From NCBI RefSeq assembly GCF_022045235.1, contig NW_027266271.1:4836001-4900000 (forward strand): 64,000 bases of DNA, read 5' to 3'. Positions 53,010 through 64,000 of this stretch are shown in pieces. The notes under the pieces are model-generated. The model did no database searches. It had not been told where the DNA came from and was given only the letters and a program-made list of their open reading frames with translations. The position numbers were made by a program, and so were the translations under genes. How positions within the stretch are numbered: the first letter of the stretch is position 1; every line of letters starts with the position of its first letter. Source of the stretch: Haliotis cracherodii. Taxonomy: Eukaryota.

Positions 53010-53278
53010 GGAAAACAAGTGTCTAATTGTGTGGTGTCACCCTGGGCAAGTGCCTTAGTTCAAATGTGCCACTGTTCACCCAGCAGGGAATGGGTACCCG
53101 ATATGTGAGGTGGATGTAAAAGCCCTCTAGCTCCTGTAAGGCAGCTTGGTTATATACTCCCCAGGGAGTTGAGATTGATAACTGGAATGCAAACGGATCC
53201 ATTGGTGGGGGAACAAATAAAACCTCATTTGAGCAGATACTAGTACCTGGATACTTGCGGTATATAAATTAAAATACT
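53010..53278 (+). mobile_element. Decayed CORE-like SINE with L2-type 3' tail
   Basis: GTCACCCTGGGCAAGTGCCTTAG and CTGTTCACCCAGCAGGGAATGGGTACC (CORE-like); tail TTTGAGCAG...GCGGTATATAAAT. Confidence 0.55.
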
Positions 53279-53283
53279 GCTAA

Positions 53284-55367
53284 TGGTGTACCTAGATAGG
53301 GAGGATATAACCCTCTGAACCAAACGTACACCACCCAGTTAGGGCTAACCCCCCAAAGATGGTTAAAACTGGGTTACAGAACGCAATGACGAAATGCCCA
53401 GTCAGCCTCCCTCCGGTTTACAAATCAACCAAACTGGATATGGGACTTGCCCCAGCGGGAGGCATAGAACCCATCTAAGAATGGACGCACCAACTAAAGT
53501 ACACACTTCTTGAGCGAAAGCAACAAGATGGCCAGAAATACCACGAATAAATGGACAATTACTGATGCAGCATCAGGACAAAGCCATGCCAATGTATACA
53601 AATATGACAGCATAATATTCGTGACCAGCTCCGGCGACTAAAGCTGTGACATGCGCCGTGAAATGGAATTAACGTTCGCATTATTCTCCCTAAATTACCT
53701 GATGCAGATGTCACGCACACATTGGCTCAAAAAATGAAATTCCGGATGGACGCCTCGAAGATTTTGAATTTTCTCCCTATTCAGACCCCACTTCTGTCAA
53801 TGATCTTTTTGATGGTCCCTTTTATATTTTGTTTATATCATTCTATAATCAAAATTAATATGGGATTTACCGATTGAGAAACGGGGGTCAATTAAACAAT
53901 TTAACCAACCAATACCACAGAATCAACTTCAGAAATAAAACGACATTATTTTAGTCACATTTAATGCGGACTGTTCTTTGCATAACATTAATTGTTGCGT
54001 GTATGCTGCTGCTCGAACACTGGAGGAACTCCATACAGTTTCCAAAGACAACGAACCACAAAAGGGTAGTAAACAAAATTATCAAAAGAAAAAGCTGTTC
54101 CAAATAAAGGTAAATGAAACAAGGAAAGATTTCTCATGGGAATCAGTGTTAAAACGCCAAAAATCAATTTGGAAAAATATGAAAACAGAATACAAGACAA
54201 CAAAAGAGAAAATTCTAAATTTAATTCTTGATTCTCTGAGAACAAAGTTAAAGGTTTGGACAGAACGTTTGACAAGATAAAAAAGTTCATAAAACAAAAT
54301 AAACTGTTCAAATCTAATGACAAACATATTTACAGGCAATAATATGCAACCTATGGCAGTGATGAGAAAAGACCCACCATGGATTCCAGTGAAAGGTTTT
54401 GGAAACAGTTGTGGTCCATACTTGGGAACTGCAACCTCCAGGATCCATGGGTAGAGGATTACAATAATAATGTACATGACAAAATAAGATTACCATTGTT
54501 GTGTTTCATTACACCCGATTGCCTTTAAAAAGGTAAGGAGCTTGTGTCATCATACTGCGCTTCCAATGACATTATTTACATGGAGCAGAAAGGATGTTGA
54601 GGTTGTAGGCATCAATTGCTAGTTCCGAAAATGATCCTTGAAGAGGCTAAAACTTACCAGTGCAACCTCTCAATGTGTTGGATAGACTACAGAAAAGCTT
54701 ATAAGCTGTATGATTCTGGATTTTGAGATCAATGAAATGTATTTACCTCCCCGAGCGACTACTTGTTTTACTCAAGTCTTTACTGGTCAACTCACCTTGA
54801 GATGTGTTCACAAGGGCATGTAGTGACTTCTGAACCCATTTACATTAAAAGAGGGATTTATCAGGGCGATTCTTTTAGTCCTTTGCTTTTCTGTTTGTTA
54901 CTAACTCCTTTAACGTTTTTGCTCAGCAAAGAGGAAGGGTATCATCCGGGACCTCCTCAGCACAGATCCCAAACACCCCTTACTCACCTCCTTTACATGG
55001 ATGACCTTGAACTTATTGCCAATGGAGGATTCACACTCAAAAAACAGATTCTCCTTGTCGAGTCCTTTTCTAATAACATCGGCATCTCATTTGGACTTGA
55101 CAAATCCAATATTCTTCATTTGAAACGTGGCAAGGTAGAAGAGGGAGGATCAGTCAGTTTACGTGGGGTAGGAGTTATTGACCATCTCGAGGAAGGTCAG
55201 GCCTATACGTTATTCGGAATGCAGGTTAGGGACTAACTCCAGAATACCCATATCAAGGGAAAACTTCGGGCAGAGTACAAATATAGACTTAAGAAACTCT
55301 GGAGTTCAGAGCTGAACGCTTGCAATAAAGTCAAAACCACAAATATTTACGTTGTACCCGTCCTCTC
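53284..55367 (+). mobile_element. Decayed R4/Dong-clade (restriction-like endonuclease type) non-LTR retrotransposon, 3'-truncated
   Basis: INCCVYAAA, WIDYRKAY (54679), RGIYQGDSFSPLLFCL, HLLYMDDL, FSNNIGISFGLDK, EYKYRLKKLWSSELNACNKV. No endonuclease domain retained; 5' boundary inferred. Confidence 0.85.
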
Positions 55368-55439
55368 GGTTTGCACATCGGTTTTTCGATTCATACCCCA
55401 ATGAACTGAAATGAATACACAGTAAATCCTCGATTGGGC

Positions 55440-55738
55440 TGTATTACTCGTTACATGTGTTTTTCACATTACACATTCATATATCAAGCTAGACAAAAGT
55501 TTTTTTGGGGGATAACAGCTTCTTTATGATGTCATTTTGTCTACTTTGTCATCCGTCAATTTCTAAGAAATGCCTATCAAACAATATATATCAAGTTTCC
55601 TAACACATGTATTACGCTGTCTATTACGTTACATATGTTATTCATAATATACATGCATATATTAAGGTATCTGAAACGTTACATGTGTTATACATATTAT
55701 TCATACATATATTAAATCGTCTAACTCGTTACATGTGA
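55440..55738. repeat. Degenerate ~50-bp tandem repeat (CGTTACATGTGTT...CATATATTAA..GTCT)
   Basis: CGTTACAT(G/A)TG at ~55449, 55627, 55677 and 55727. Confidence 0.6.
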
Positions 55739-55749
55739 GTTGAAATGAC

Positions 55750-56690
55750 AAAATATAGGACGTTAACAGTCTTTCTAACCAACGAACGACCAGGGTCAAT
55801 GTATTGAGAATGTTTCTGGAATCCCAAAGACTTAATTTCAGTCATTGTCACGAGAACAAACGAAACCATTTGATGCCACTAATTTGTAAAAAAAATTGTA
55901 TGAACAAGACTATACTCTGCGTCATTGAATGTAATTAAACGACTCCAGCAACGATTACTGAAGGGTGGGTCTACAAATAGTAAGAGCCCATAGTATCCAC
56001 TAGAGATTACAGTTCATTTGTCCCAACCAGAAACAGACTCCACTAAATCAGACAAAGACCGCATGTTCTTGAATTTGAGATTTGCAAACAAGGGAATTGA
56101 TGACTTACATTTAAGTACCTTTCTCAGAAAAAAGCAGTTTCCCGAAATGTACTACATCATTTCAAATTTTAGGAACCACAAACAATTTAATTTTCCTATA
56201 CGGACATAAATTCATCCAGTTTGTTCAATGATAGGAATATGTTGCAAAACGTGGACTTGGCAACCTATGATGTTAATTCCACTACAGGTGGCTGCCCAAA
56301 CTCATACCAACCTGGAATCACTTTTCTATTGCTGACAATAACAACCTTCGTCAGTTATTCATGACAATGGACAAAAATATTGTTGGCAGCCTCCAACCAA
56401 CTGGGATCACAACTTTAAAATCCTTTTGGATGCTGTCGAAGCATATACCAAAAGTGAACCAAAGGAGAAGGCGAACCTATTAACTGTATTTTAGAGTGGG
56501 CCATGTTAGTGTGTAATGCCGTCGTTGGTAGAATGCATAAACTAAATATAGGAAACAGAATTGGAGTAATCCCATTCTGTCCCAGCCAGTCCTTAACAGT
56601 TTGCTGTTGTTCCCACTGACAAGACCTCAAAGAACATTATTATGTGATCACAGAATTTGGTATAAGTGTCATATCAAAGAATGTTACATG
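55750..56690 (+). mobile_element. Penelope-like element ORF remnant (region N-terminal to RT; probably a clade with N-terminal GIY-YIG)
   Basis: RMFLNLRFANKGID (ORF 56018), NWDHNFKILLDAVEAY, EW and FAVVPTDKTSKNII (the PLE VVPADK-type motif), across frameshifts. Family call is from recall. Confidence 0.6.
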
Positions 56691-56708
56691 TTGACTGAGG
56701 AAGAAATC

Positions 56709-57045
56709 TGCCTTTTGATGACTTGTGATGTTTATATTTTTTCTTTCTTTTTTTATGTTTTCATGACGGCAAATGAGAGTAGTGCTCGTTTCCGGAGCAG
56801 AACCACAAAACCGTTGAATATTTAAGAATGGAACTTGCTATACAGAGCGGTTGAAAACTGGTGCCTTTTGAGGATTTGGGATTTAGTTATATTTTTATAT
56901 TTTTCTGATGTTTTCATGACGTCTAGTTGGACTTTTACTGAAAATAAAGTGCGTACACATTTCCGGGGCAGAACTCGATTGAATATTTCTGGATGAAACA
57001 TCCTATGCAGGTCAGTCTAGTGGTGAACTGGTGCCTTTTGAGATG
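56709..57045. repeat. Degenerate ~160-bp tandem repeat, about 2 copies
   Basis: Repeated blocks TGCCTTTTGA, ATGTTTTCATGACG, TTTCCGG.GCAGAAC, TTGAATATTT and AACTGGTGCCTTTTGAG. Confidence 0.7.
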
Positions 57046-57224
57046 TTGAAAAATACTGAACATCATTATTATGTTTCTTCACTAAACTGAAGGTATCCAA
57101 TGGCAATGAACCCAAAGTGGGGTATAAGTAGCCAAATTCCGTTTCCGAATTCCACCAGTTCATGGGGTTATGCCACCTCCTGATGACTCTTGTTTGTATT
57201 GGATTACAAAGCTCCATACAAATA

Positions 57225-58726
57225 TACTGAACCGCAAAAGGAACGTCACCATGGATATATATATGAGAAACCTTATTTGTCCAAACACTGTAAACATACT
57301 TGAGACATATTAAAAAGATGAAACTTGGCAAAACTGATCATCAAGGTTAAAATTAAAGTGCCAATGTTCACAAAGTGAAACACAACACTAGTCATCACAA
57401 GTCAGTACCTCGTGTGTCCGCCACATGCATTGATGAGTGCCGTGCAACGTCGATACATGGAATGGATGAGGTGGTTGATAAAGACCACAGGAACTTGAGC
57501 CCACACTCTGAGGAACGCCTAACGCAGTTCAGCTGCAGTTGTCGACCTTGGTCGGAGGTCATTCAGTCGTCTTTGAATCTCGTCCCACAGGTGCTCAATG
57601 GGATTTAAATCGGGCCTGAGGGCAAGCCACTGCATGGCTCTGATGCCATTCTGCTGGAGGAAGTCCCTCGCAGTGTGGACACGGGCGTTATCATTCTGAA
57701 ACTCGTGGTTGCGGCGATATGCCAAATGAGGTGTGGCGTGTGGTCTCAAGACTTGATCAATGTACCGAGCTACCGTGACACAATTGCCTCTCTTTGGACC
57801 GATGTCCTGGAAGACCACAGGGCCGACCCTCTGTACAAGACCAATTCCATCCCACACCATGATGCTCGGATCACCCCACGAGTCTCTTTCAAAAGCACAA
57901 GCATCCGAATAACGTTCCCCATGGCGTTGCTAGACTCCCTGCTATATGCTGTTGAGATACGGTAACGGCTTTCATCTGAGTAGAGGACTCTTCTCCACTG
58001 CTGGTAGTGCCAATGCTGAGGCTGTGTTGCCCACTGAAGACGGTCCCGTCGATGACGTGGTGTCAGAATGGGTCCTCGGTGTGACCTGTAACGGTAGTGG
58101 TGTCTGCTCGTCAATCGTCGACGCACGGTGTCGGCACTAATATGTCGCTGGTGTGTCCCCATGGTCTGTCGAACAGTTTCCGCAGCGGTAAAGCTCTCTT
58201 GAAGATGCTGACGCACAATCTGACGATCCTGACGTCGGGTGGTGACCCTTGGTCTTCCACTACGTGGTCAGTCATCTGTAATGTTGGTGGTCTGGTACCG
58301 TTGCTGGAGCTTGATATGGTCCTTACGTGGACTTGAAATGCATTGGCTACTTGCGGTTTGTCCAGCATGCAATCGTCCATGAACTTGGTCTCGCTGATTT
58401 CTTGTCAATCTTGGCATGTGGAAGCAATTCAATAACAAATGAATGTTATCCGATCTGGGTGGATTTTTATAGGGCAAGAAATGGGGGAACGTATGTGCAT
58501 TTCAATTTGCACGGAACTCACGTGCATCGGGTTACCATGGCCGTCGCCGTGATGCGTTTTAGCGATTGGTTTATTGTCATCTGCTTTGTTTTTTAAATCA
58601 TCAAATTTCATTTTCCGGACAAGTTAAATTTAAATTTGAGAAAACTTTGACAAAAATTCCCCAGATATTTAAATGACAAATTTTCATGCAATGTTACTTG
58701 GGTGACGTTTCTTTTGCGGTTAAGTA
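57225..58726 (-). mobile_element. Near full-length Tc1-family DNA transposon (1502 bp) with TIRs and TA TSD
   Basis: 26-bp TIRs at 57225-57250 and 58701-58726 (24/26 match); TA at 57223-57224 and 58727-58728. Confidence 0.95.
57402..58417 (-). pseudogene. Frameshifted Tc1-type DDE transposase
   Basis: MPRLTRNQR..., ISADTVRRRL, VLYSDESRY, MVWDGI, FQNDNARVH, RPDLNPIEHLWD, GGHTRY* spread over several frames. Confidence 0.93.
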
Positions 58727-58849
58727 TACATATAAAGAGAGATCTATTGCAGGGTCCAGCAAATTTACCACCAAATCCCTTTTTCAAGTTACCTATTAAA
58801 ATTACTCTTGCTGTGACATAAATGCACATATTTTACAATACCATACCTT

Positions 58850-59302
58850 GTCGTCACTATGGTAGTGTTCAATTTTCTACATGTTTTTACTCGTGGTGGA
58901 CGATGAATTAGCATGCAACAGAAGACTGCGATTGCCCTCTTTGGATAGGTCCTGCGGCGATGTTCCGATCGGCAGCGCTGAATCTCGGCATTTTCTAACT
59001 TGTTGACAATTGGATGACAAATTATTGGCTTATGCTTGCCTTTTTATAGCCACTACCATAAGCAACGAATACCATAACTTGCACGTGCATTTTGCTTTAA
59101 TGTTTTCCTCCATGATATTTTTCAAGAAGTGTGAAAACAAAGACATTGCAGATCGACAAAGGCCGCGTTTTGACGCACCGTTTGTCGAATATCAGGCCAC
59201 CAACATTTTCCAATAACATATATCCAATTTATATACCTGTTGTTGTTTTGTGGTGTGTAGTCCAGTTCGCACTACCTGTGAGTTTCTTTATTTTGAAGAG
59301 TG
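58850..59302 (-). mobile_element. 5' fragment of a third Tc1-family element (one TIR plus transposase N-terminus)
   Basis: Minus strand starts TA-CACTCTTCAAAATAAAGAAAC at 59304; ATG at 58991 gives MPRFSAADRNIAAGPIQRGQSQSSVAC*FIVHH. Confidence 0.75.
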
Positions 59303-60784
59303 TATATTAAGCTGTCTAACACGTTATTACACGTATTATAATATAATACGCCATCGGAAGAAGAGTTGAGATACAGAAATGGGATTAAATTGGGAATGTT
59401 TCTTTTCAGACACATCCACCTCATCTTCATGAAGATTCATGTCTGTTAATGTTTCTGTTATATTTCTGAAATAGTAATTAGCAACAGTTATTTGCCTCCA
59501 TATTTAGGAATGGTATGACCCCATACCTCAAGAGAATAACAATACCAATGTGCTGGCATTGTCAAATATGCCCTACAGATAAGAAAAATCATTCATGAAC
59601 TAGATATTACACATTGCTTTGTCATCTGTCACAATATTGGTTAGGTCGCGCGACTATTGTGCATGGATCTGCAGACTTAATCACCACTGAAGTCAGGTCA
59701 TGGAAATGTCCATGGCATATTAACATATGTTAGGAAGACAATGGTTTCAGTTGGCGCAGTGCAAACCCTGATAGATATGAATCTCGGTGATTTGAACAAA
59801 AGTTTAATTGACAAATCAATGTGTAATTCCGTCATTGTAGTGTCGTGACCAGGGTGAACGTCAGTGAGTTTACCTGCAAATGCTGCATGTAATGTGTTGT
59901 TGCCCTCTAAACATGTATCCTCGCAAAGTGCTCTTGAAAACCTGTGATTCTATGTTTGATTGGTTGACATGTTTCTGATGGATATATCATTGACATTGAA
60001 TTTATACCACACTGTTCAGTTTCCGTTACGTCCCTAATGACCATGTTCAAGCTTCGATCTGCCGGCGGTGTGTTTGCAAGGCTATCTGACTGTAAAGCGG
60101 ACTATACAATGATCATTCAGGAATGCTGTCAGACGATCTGAAACAGACGTAAACCGTCGTCCATTAAATACTTGGTGCTATGTATTTCGTCTGGTTTGGT
60201 GCATACTGATCTCATTTCATCCTAGGTGTTATTTACAACCTGCGAGCTTGCGTAGTGCAAAATGCGACATGTAGACAGTATGGCTGTACAGCCCCCCGGG
60301 ACCAAACCAACTCTGGTTCATTACGGGTAAAGAAATAAACACGATATCAAGGTATGGCAAAATTATATGTTATTCAAGCGGCAACAGGTTGTAAAACGAT
60401 CGCCCACGACGAGATATTCACAATATGTGACCAACCACGCTGATTGATGTGATATGTGTTGTTTATCACCTGATTTAAACACATCCCAATGTCGACCTTT
60501 TCTTCTGCGTGTAGTAGAGTTTAATTACCTGGAAATAGAGCTGTAAGTGTGGAGGCCACCCACCTTTGGGAAAATGCAAATCAAGACTTCGACCCTGTTC
60601 ACAGTCCAAAATGAAAAGAGTTTTATGTTGTACTGACAAACAGCAAAGTCATGTGGCCATCAATTAGCTGCTACCAAGACAGTGTACCGTTCTGACGTCG
60701 GGGAACATGCAGTGCTGGACCGTCAGGGATGGGCTAGTACAATACCGTCATTGACTTAATAGTATAGCCTTGATAAATTTGATG

Positions 60785-63140
60785 CCGACAGAGGGTGCAG
60801 AATGTAGGTGTGTGGAGGTAGGGGACAGAGGGTACAGACTGTAGGCGTTTGGAGGTAGGGACAGATGGTGCAGAATGTAGGCGTGTTGAGGTAGGGACAG
60901 ATGGTACAGAATGTAGGCGTGTAGAGGTAGGGACAGATGGTGCAGAATGTAGGTGTGTAGAGGTAGGGGACAGAGGGTACAGACTGTAGGCGTTTGGAGG
61001 TAGGGACAGAGGGTGCAGAATGTAGGCGTGTGGAGGTAGGGACAGAGGGTGCAGAATGTAGGTGTGTGGAGGTAGGGGACAGAGGGTGCAGAATGTAGGC
61101 ATGTGGAGGTAGGGACAGAGGGTGCAGAATGTAGGTGTGTGGAGGTAGGGGACAGAGGGTACAGACTGTAGGCGTGTAGAGGTAGGGACAGATGGTGCAG
61201 AATGTAGGTGTGTAGAGGTAGGGGACAGAGGGTACAGACTGTAGGCGTTTGGAGGTAGGGACAGAGGGTGCAGAATGTAGGCGTGTAGAGGTAGGGGACA
61301 GAGGGTGCAGACTGTAGGCGTGCGGAGGTAGGGACAGATGGTGCAGAATGTAGGCGTGTAGAGGTAGGGGACAGAGGGTGCAGACTGTAGGCGTGTGGAG
61401 GTAGGGACAGATGGTGCAGAATGTAGGCGTGCGGAGGTAGGGACAGATTGTGCAGAATGTAGGCGTGTAGAGGTAGGGGACAGAGGGTGCAGACTGTAGG
61501 CGTGCGGAGGTAGGGACAGAGGGTGCAGAATGTAGGCGTGTGGAGGTAGGGACAGAGGGTACAGACTGTAGGCGTGTAGAGGTAGGGACAGAGGGTGCAG
61601 AATGTAGGTGTGTGGAGGTAGGGGACAGAGGGTACAGACTGTAGGCGTTTGGAGGTAGGGACAGAGGGTACAGAATGTAGGCGTGTAGAGGTAGGGACAG
61701 ATGGTGCAGAATGTAGGTGTGTAGAGGTAGGGGACAGAGGGTGCAGAATGTAGGCGTGCGGAGGTAGGGACAGAGGGTGCAGAATGTAGGCGTGTGGAGG
61801 TAGGGACAGAGGGTACAGACTGTAGGCGTGTAGAGGTAGGGACAGATGGTGCAGAATGTAGGTGTGTAGAGGTAGGGGACAGAGGGTACAGACTGTAGGC
61901 GTTTGGAGGTAGGGACAGAGGGTACAGAATGTAGGCGTGTAGAGGTAGGGACAGATGGTGCAGAATGTAGGCGTGTAGAGGTAGGGGACAGAGGGTGCAG
62001 AATGTAGGCGTGCGGAGGTAGGGACAGATGGTGCAGAATGTAGGCGTGTAGAGGTAGGGGACAGATGGTGCAGAATGTAGGCGTGTAGAGGTAGGGGACA
62101 GAGGGTGCAGACTGTAGGCGTGCGGAGGTAGGGACAGATGGTGCAGAATGTAGGCGTGTAGAGGTAGGGACAGAGGGTGCAGAATGTAGGCGTGTGGAGG
62201 TAGGGACAAAGGGTGCAGAATGTAGGCGTGCGGAGGTAGGGACAGATGGTGCAGAATGTAGGCGTGTAGAGGTAGGGGACAGAGGGTGCAGACTGTAGGC
62301 GTGCGGAGGTAGGGACAGATGGTGCAGAATGTAGGCGTGCGGAGGTAGGGACAGAGGGTGCAGAATGTAGGCGTGTGGAGGTAGGGACAAAGGGTGCAGA
62401 ATGTAGGCGTGTGGAGATAGGGACAGAGGGTGCAGAATGTAGGCGTGTAGAGGTAGGGGACAGATGGTGCAGAACGTAGGCGTGCGGAGGTAGGGACAAA
62501 GGGTGCAGAATGTAGGCGTGTGGAGGTAGGGACAGATGGTGCAGACTGTAGGCGTGCGGAGGTAGGGACAGATGGTGCAGAATGTAGGCGTGTAGAGGTA
62601 GGAACAGATGGTGCAGAATGTAGGCGTGTAGAGGTAGGGACAGATGGTGCAGAATGTAGGCGTGTAGAGGTAGGGACAGATGGTGCAGAATGTAGGCGTG
62701 TAGAGGTAGGGACAGATGGTGCAGAATGTAGGCGTGTAGAGGTAGGGACAGATGGTGCAGAATGTAGGCGTGTAGAGGTAGGGACAGATGGTGCAGAATG
62801 TAGGCGTGCGGAGGTAGGGACAGATGGTGCAGAATGTAGGCGTGTAGAGGTAGGGACAGATGGTGCAGAATGTAGGCGTGTAGAGGTAGGGACAGATGGT
62901 GCAGAATGTAGGCGTGTAGAGGTAGGGACAGAGGGTGCAGAATGTAGGCATGTGGAGGTAGGGACAGAGGGTGCAGAATGTAGGCGTGTGGAGGTAGGGA
63001 CAGAGGGTGCAGAATGTAGGCGTGTAGAGGTAGGGACAGATGGTGCAGAACGAGGCGTGTGGAGGTAGGGACAGATGGTGCAGAACGAGGCGTGTGGAGG
63101 TAGGGGACAAGAGGGTGCAGACTGTAAGGACAAGGGTGAC
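60785..63140. repeat. 36-bp G-rich minisatellite (GAGGGTGCAGAATGTAGGCGTGTGGAGGTAGGGACA), about 65 copies
   Basis: 12-aa periodicity; 37-bp variants with an extra G. Confidence 0.97.
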
Positions 63141-63847
63141 AAGTTTGTGTCGGTTGAGTAGACGCAGTGACTGGGTATTGTATTAAACAGTCGGCTACAA
63201 GATCATGTTACCGTATTATCGACAATTATATGCCGATTAAACGAACCGTTTTCAATTAGTCATTTTAGAAATTAGGGAGCTGTAGATGAGAGGTGAAACT
63301 GTTTGTATATTTACGTGGATATCCCCCCATTCATTACCTCCACTCGACTGTTGCCCATGCGAGGCTCAATCCGCCCAACAATGTTCAGCATTGCTTATTT
63401 AGAAATTCCACTGGAGATTTATGCCTGGCTACAACTGAGTTAGCCTACAATTTAGCCAGTGCCGTTCTACCCACACCAAAGGGTAATCGGTACCTGCTAT
63501 TTACGAGGTCCAGGTGTGGACGCAGGACTCTGCCATTAAGGTATGCGGTTGCCGGGGCCAGGGTTACCCCTCTGTATGTAGAGTCAGAGGGCGATGTACC
63601 CACGAACCCCGACACTACTTCTCATTAACAACAGGATGTTACAAATGCAATTGCGTTATTCGATACGTACGCGACTTTATGTTATGTTTGAGGGCAAAAG
63701 CTAAATAATAATCACTAAAGTCATCACAAGATATCATCACTGACGAATCCAATAAGAAAAAATATATATAATTTACATATTCCATATTTTAAAAGAAATC
63801 AAGTTGTTCCAAGCAGATAGGCAGGCGCCTCTATCGCAAAACATTAC

Positions 63848-64000
63848 GGGACACGTCTGTAGCTCTATTATATCATGGTATAGGGCATGTCTGTAGCTCT
63901 TTTATACAATGTTATAGGGCATGTCTGTAGCTCTATTATACCATGTTATAGGGCATGTCTGTAGCTCTATTATACCATGTTATAGGACACGTCTGTAGCT
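63848..64000. repeat. 34-bp minisatellite (GGGCATGTCTGTAGCTCTATTATACCATGTTATA), runs off the window end
   Basis: GTCTGTAGCT at 63855 and 63889. Confidence 0.93.

Noticed and set aside
57180-57215. CTGATGA hammerhead box (also at 2926, and CTGACGA at 63740)
   Set aside because: No stem II followed by GAAA.
60734-63142. 802-, 784- and 583-aa minus-strand ORFs
   Set aside because: All three frames are open because the 36-bp unit lacks stops; frames interconvert at 1-bp indels, so this is not a gene.
63390-63708. Cys-rich 64-aa ORF or decayed minus-strand SINE
   Set aside because: The ORF has a GTG start and no motif; the SINE similarity is too weak to support.

Overview
Repeat-dense, AT-rich eukaryotic (animal) genomic DNA with no intact host protein-coding gene, rRNA, functional tRNA or CRISPR array. 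The SINE and LINE complement looks molluscan, probably abalone (Haliotis)-like; this is from recalled repeat families, not a database result. Roughly 40-45% of the window is tandem minisatellite/satellite DNA in about 15 distinct arrays (units of 18, 24, 28, 32, 33, 34, 36, 40, 41, 42, 48, 49 and 56 bp), and these arrays produce nearly all the long ORFs in the track. The rest holds five copies of a tRNA-Asp-like SINE with target-site duplications, remnants of three other SINE families, decayed non-LTR retrotransposons (three RTE-X-like, two L1/Tx1-like, one R4/Dong-like), a Penelope-like ORF remnant and three Tc1-family DNA transposons, one with both TIRs. The most notable observations are: a palindromic Penelope-type terminal repeat carrying a minimal hammerhead core with a compensated U3-A8 variant (7012-7159); a G-U-rich nested RNA fold upstream of the Tx1 ORF2 (40266-40413); a pseudoknot-capable 5' end on the R4-like element; an A-B-A'-(TA)n-B template-switch scar; SINEs amplified as passengers of satellite duplications; repeated satellite unit-switching; and unique GC-rich islands with homeodomain-type motifs that may be cis-regulatory. 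I found no convincing novel protein-coding system.
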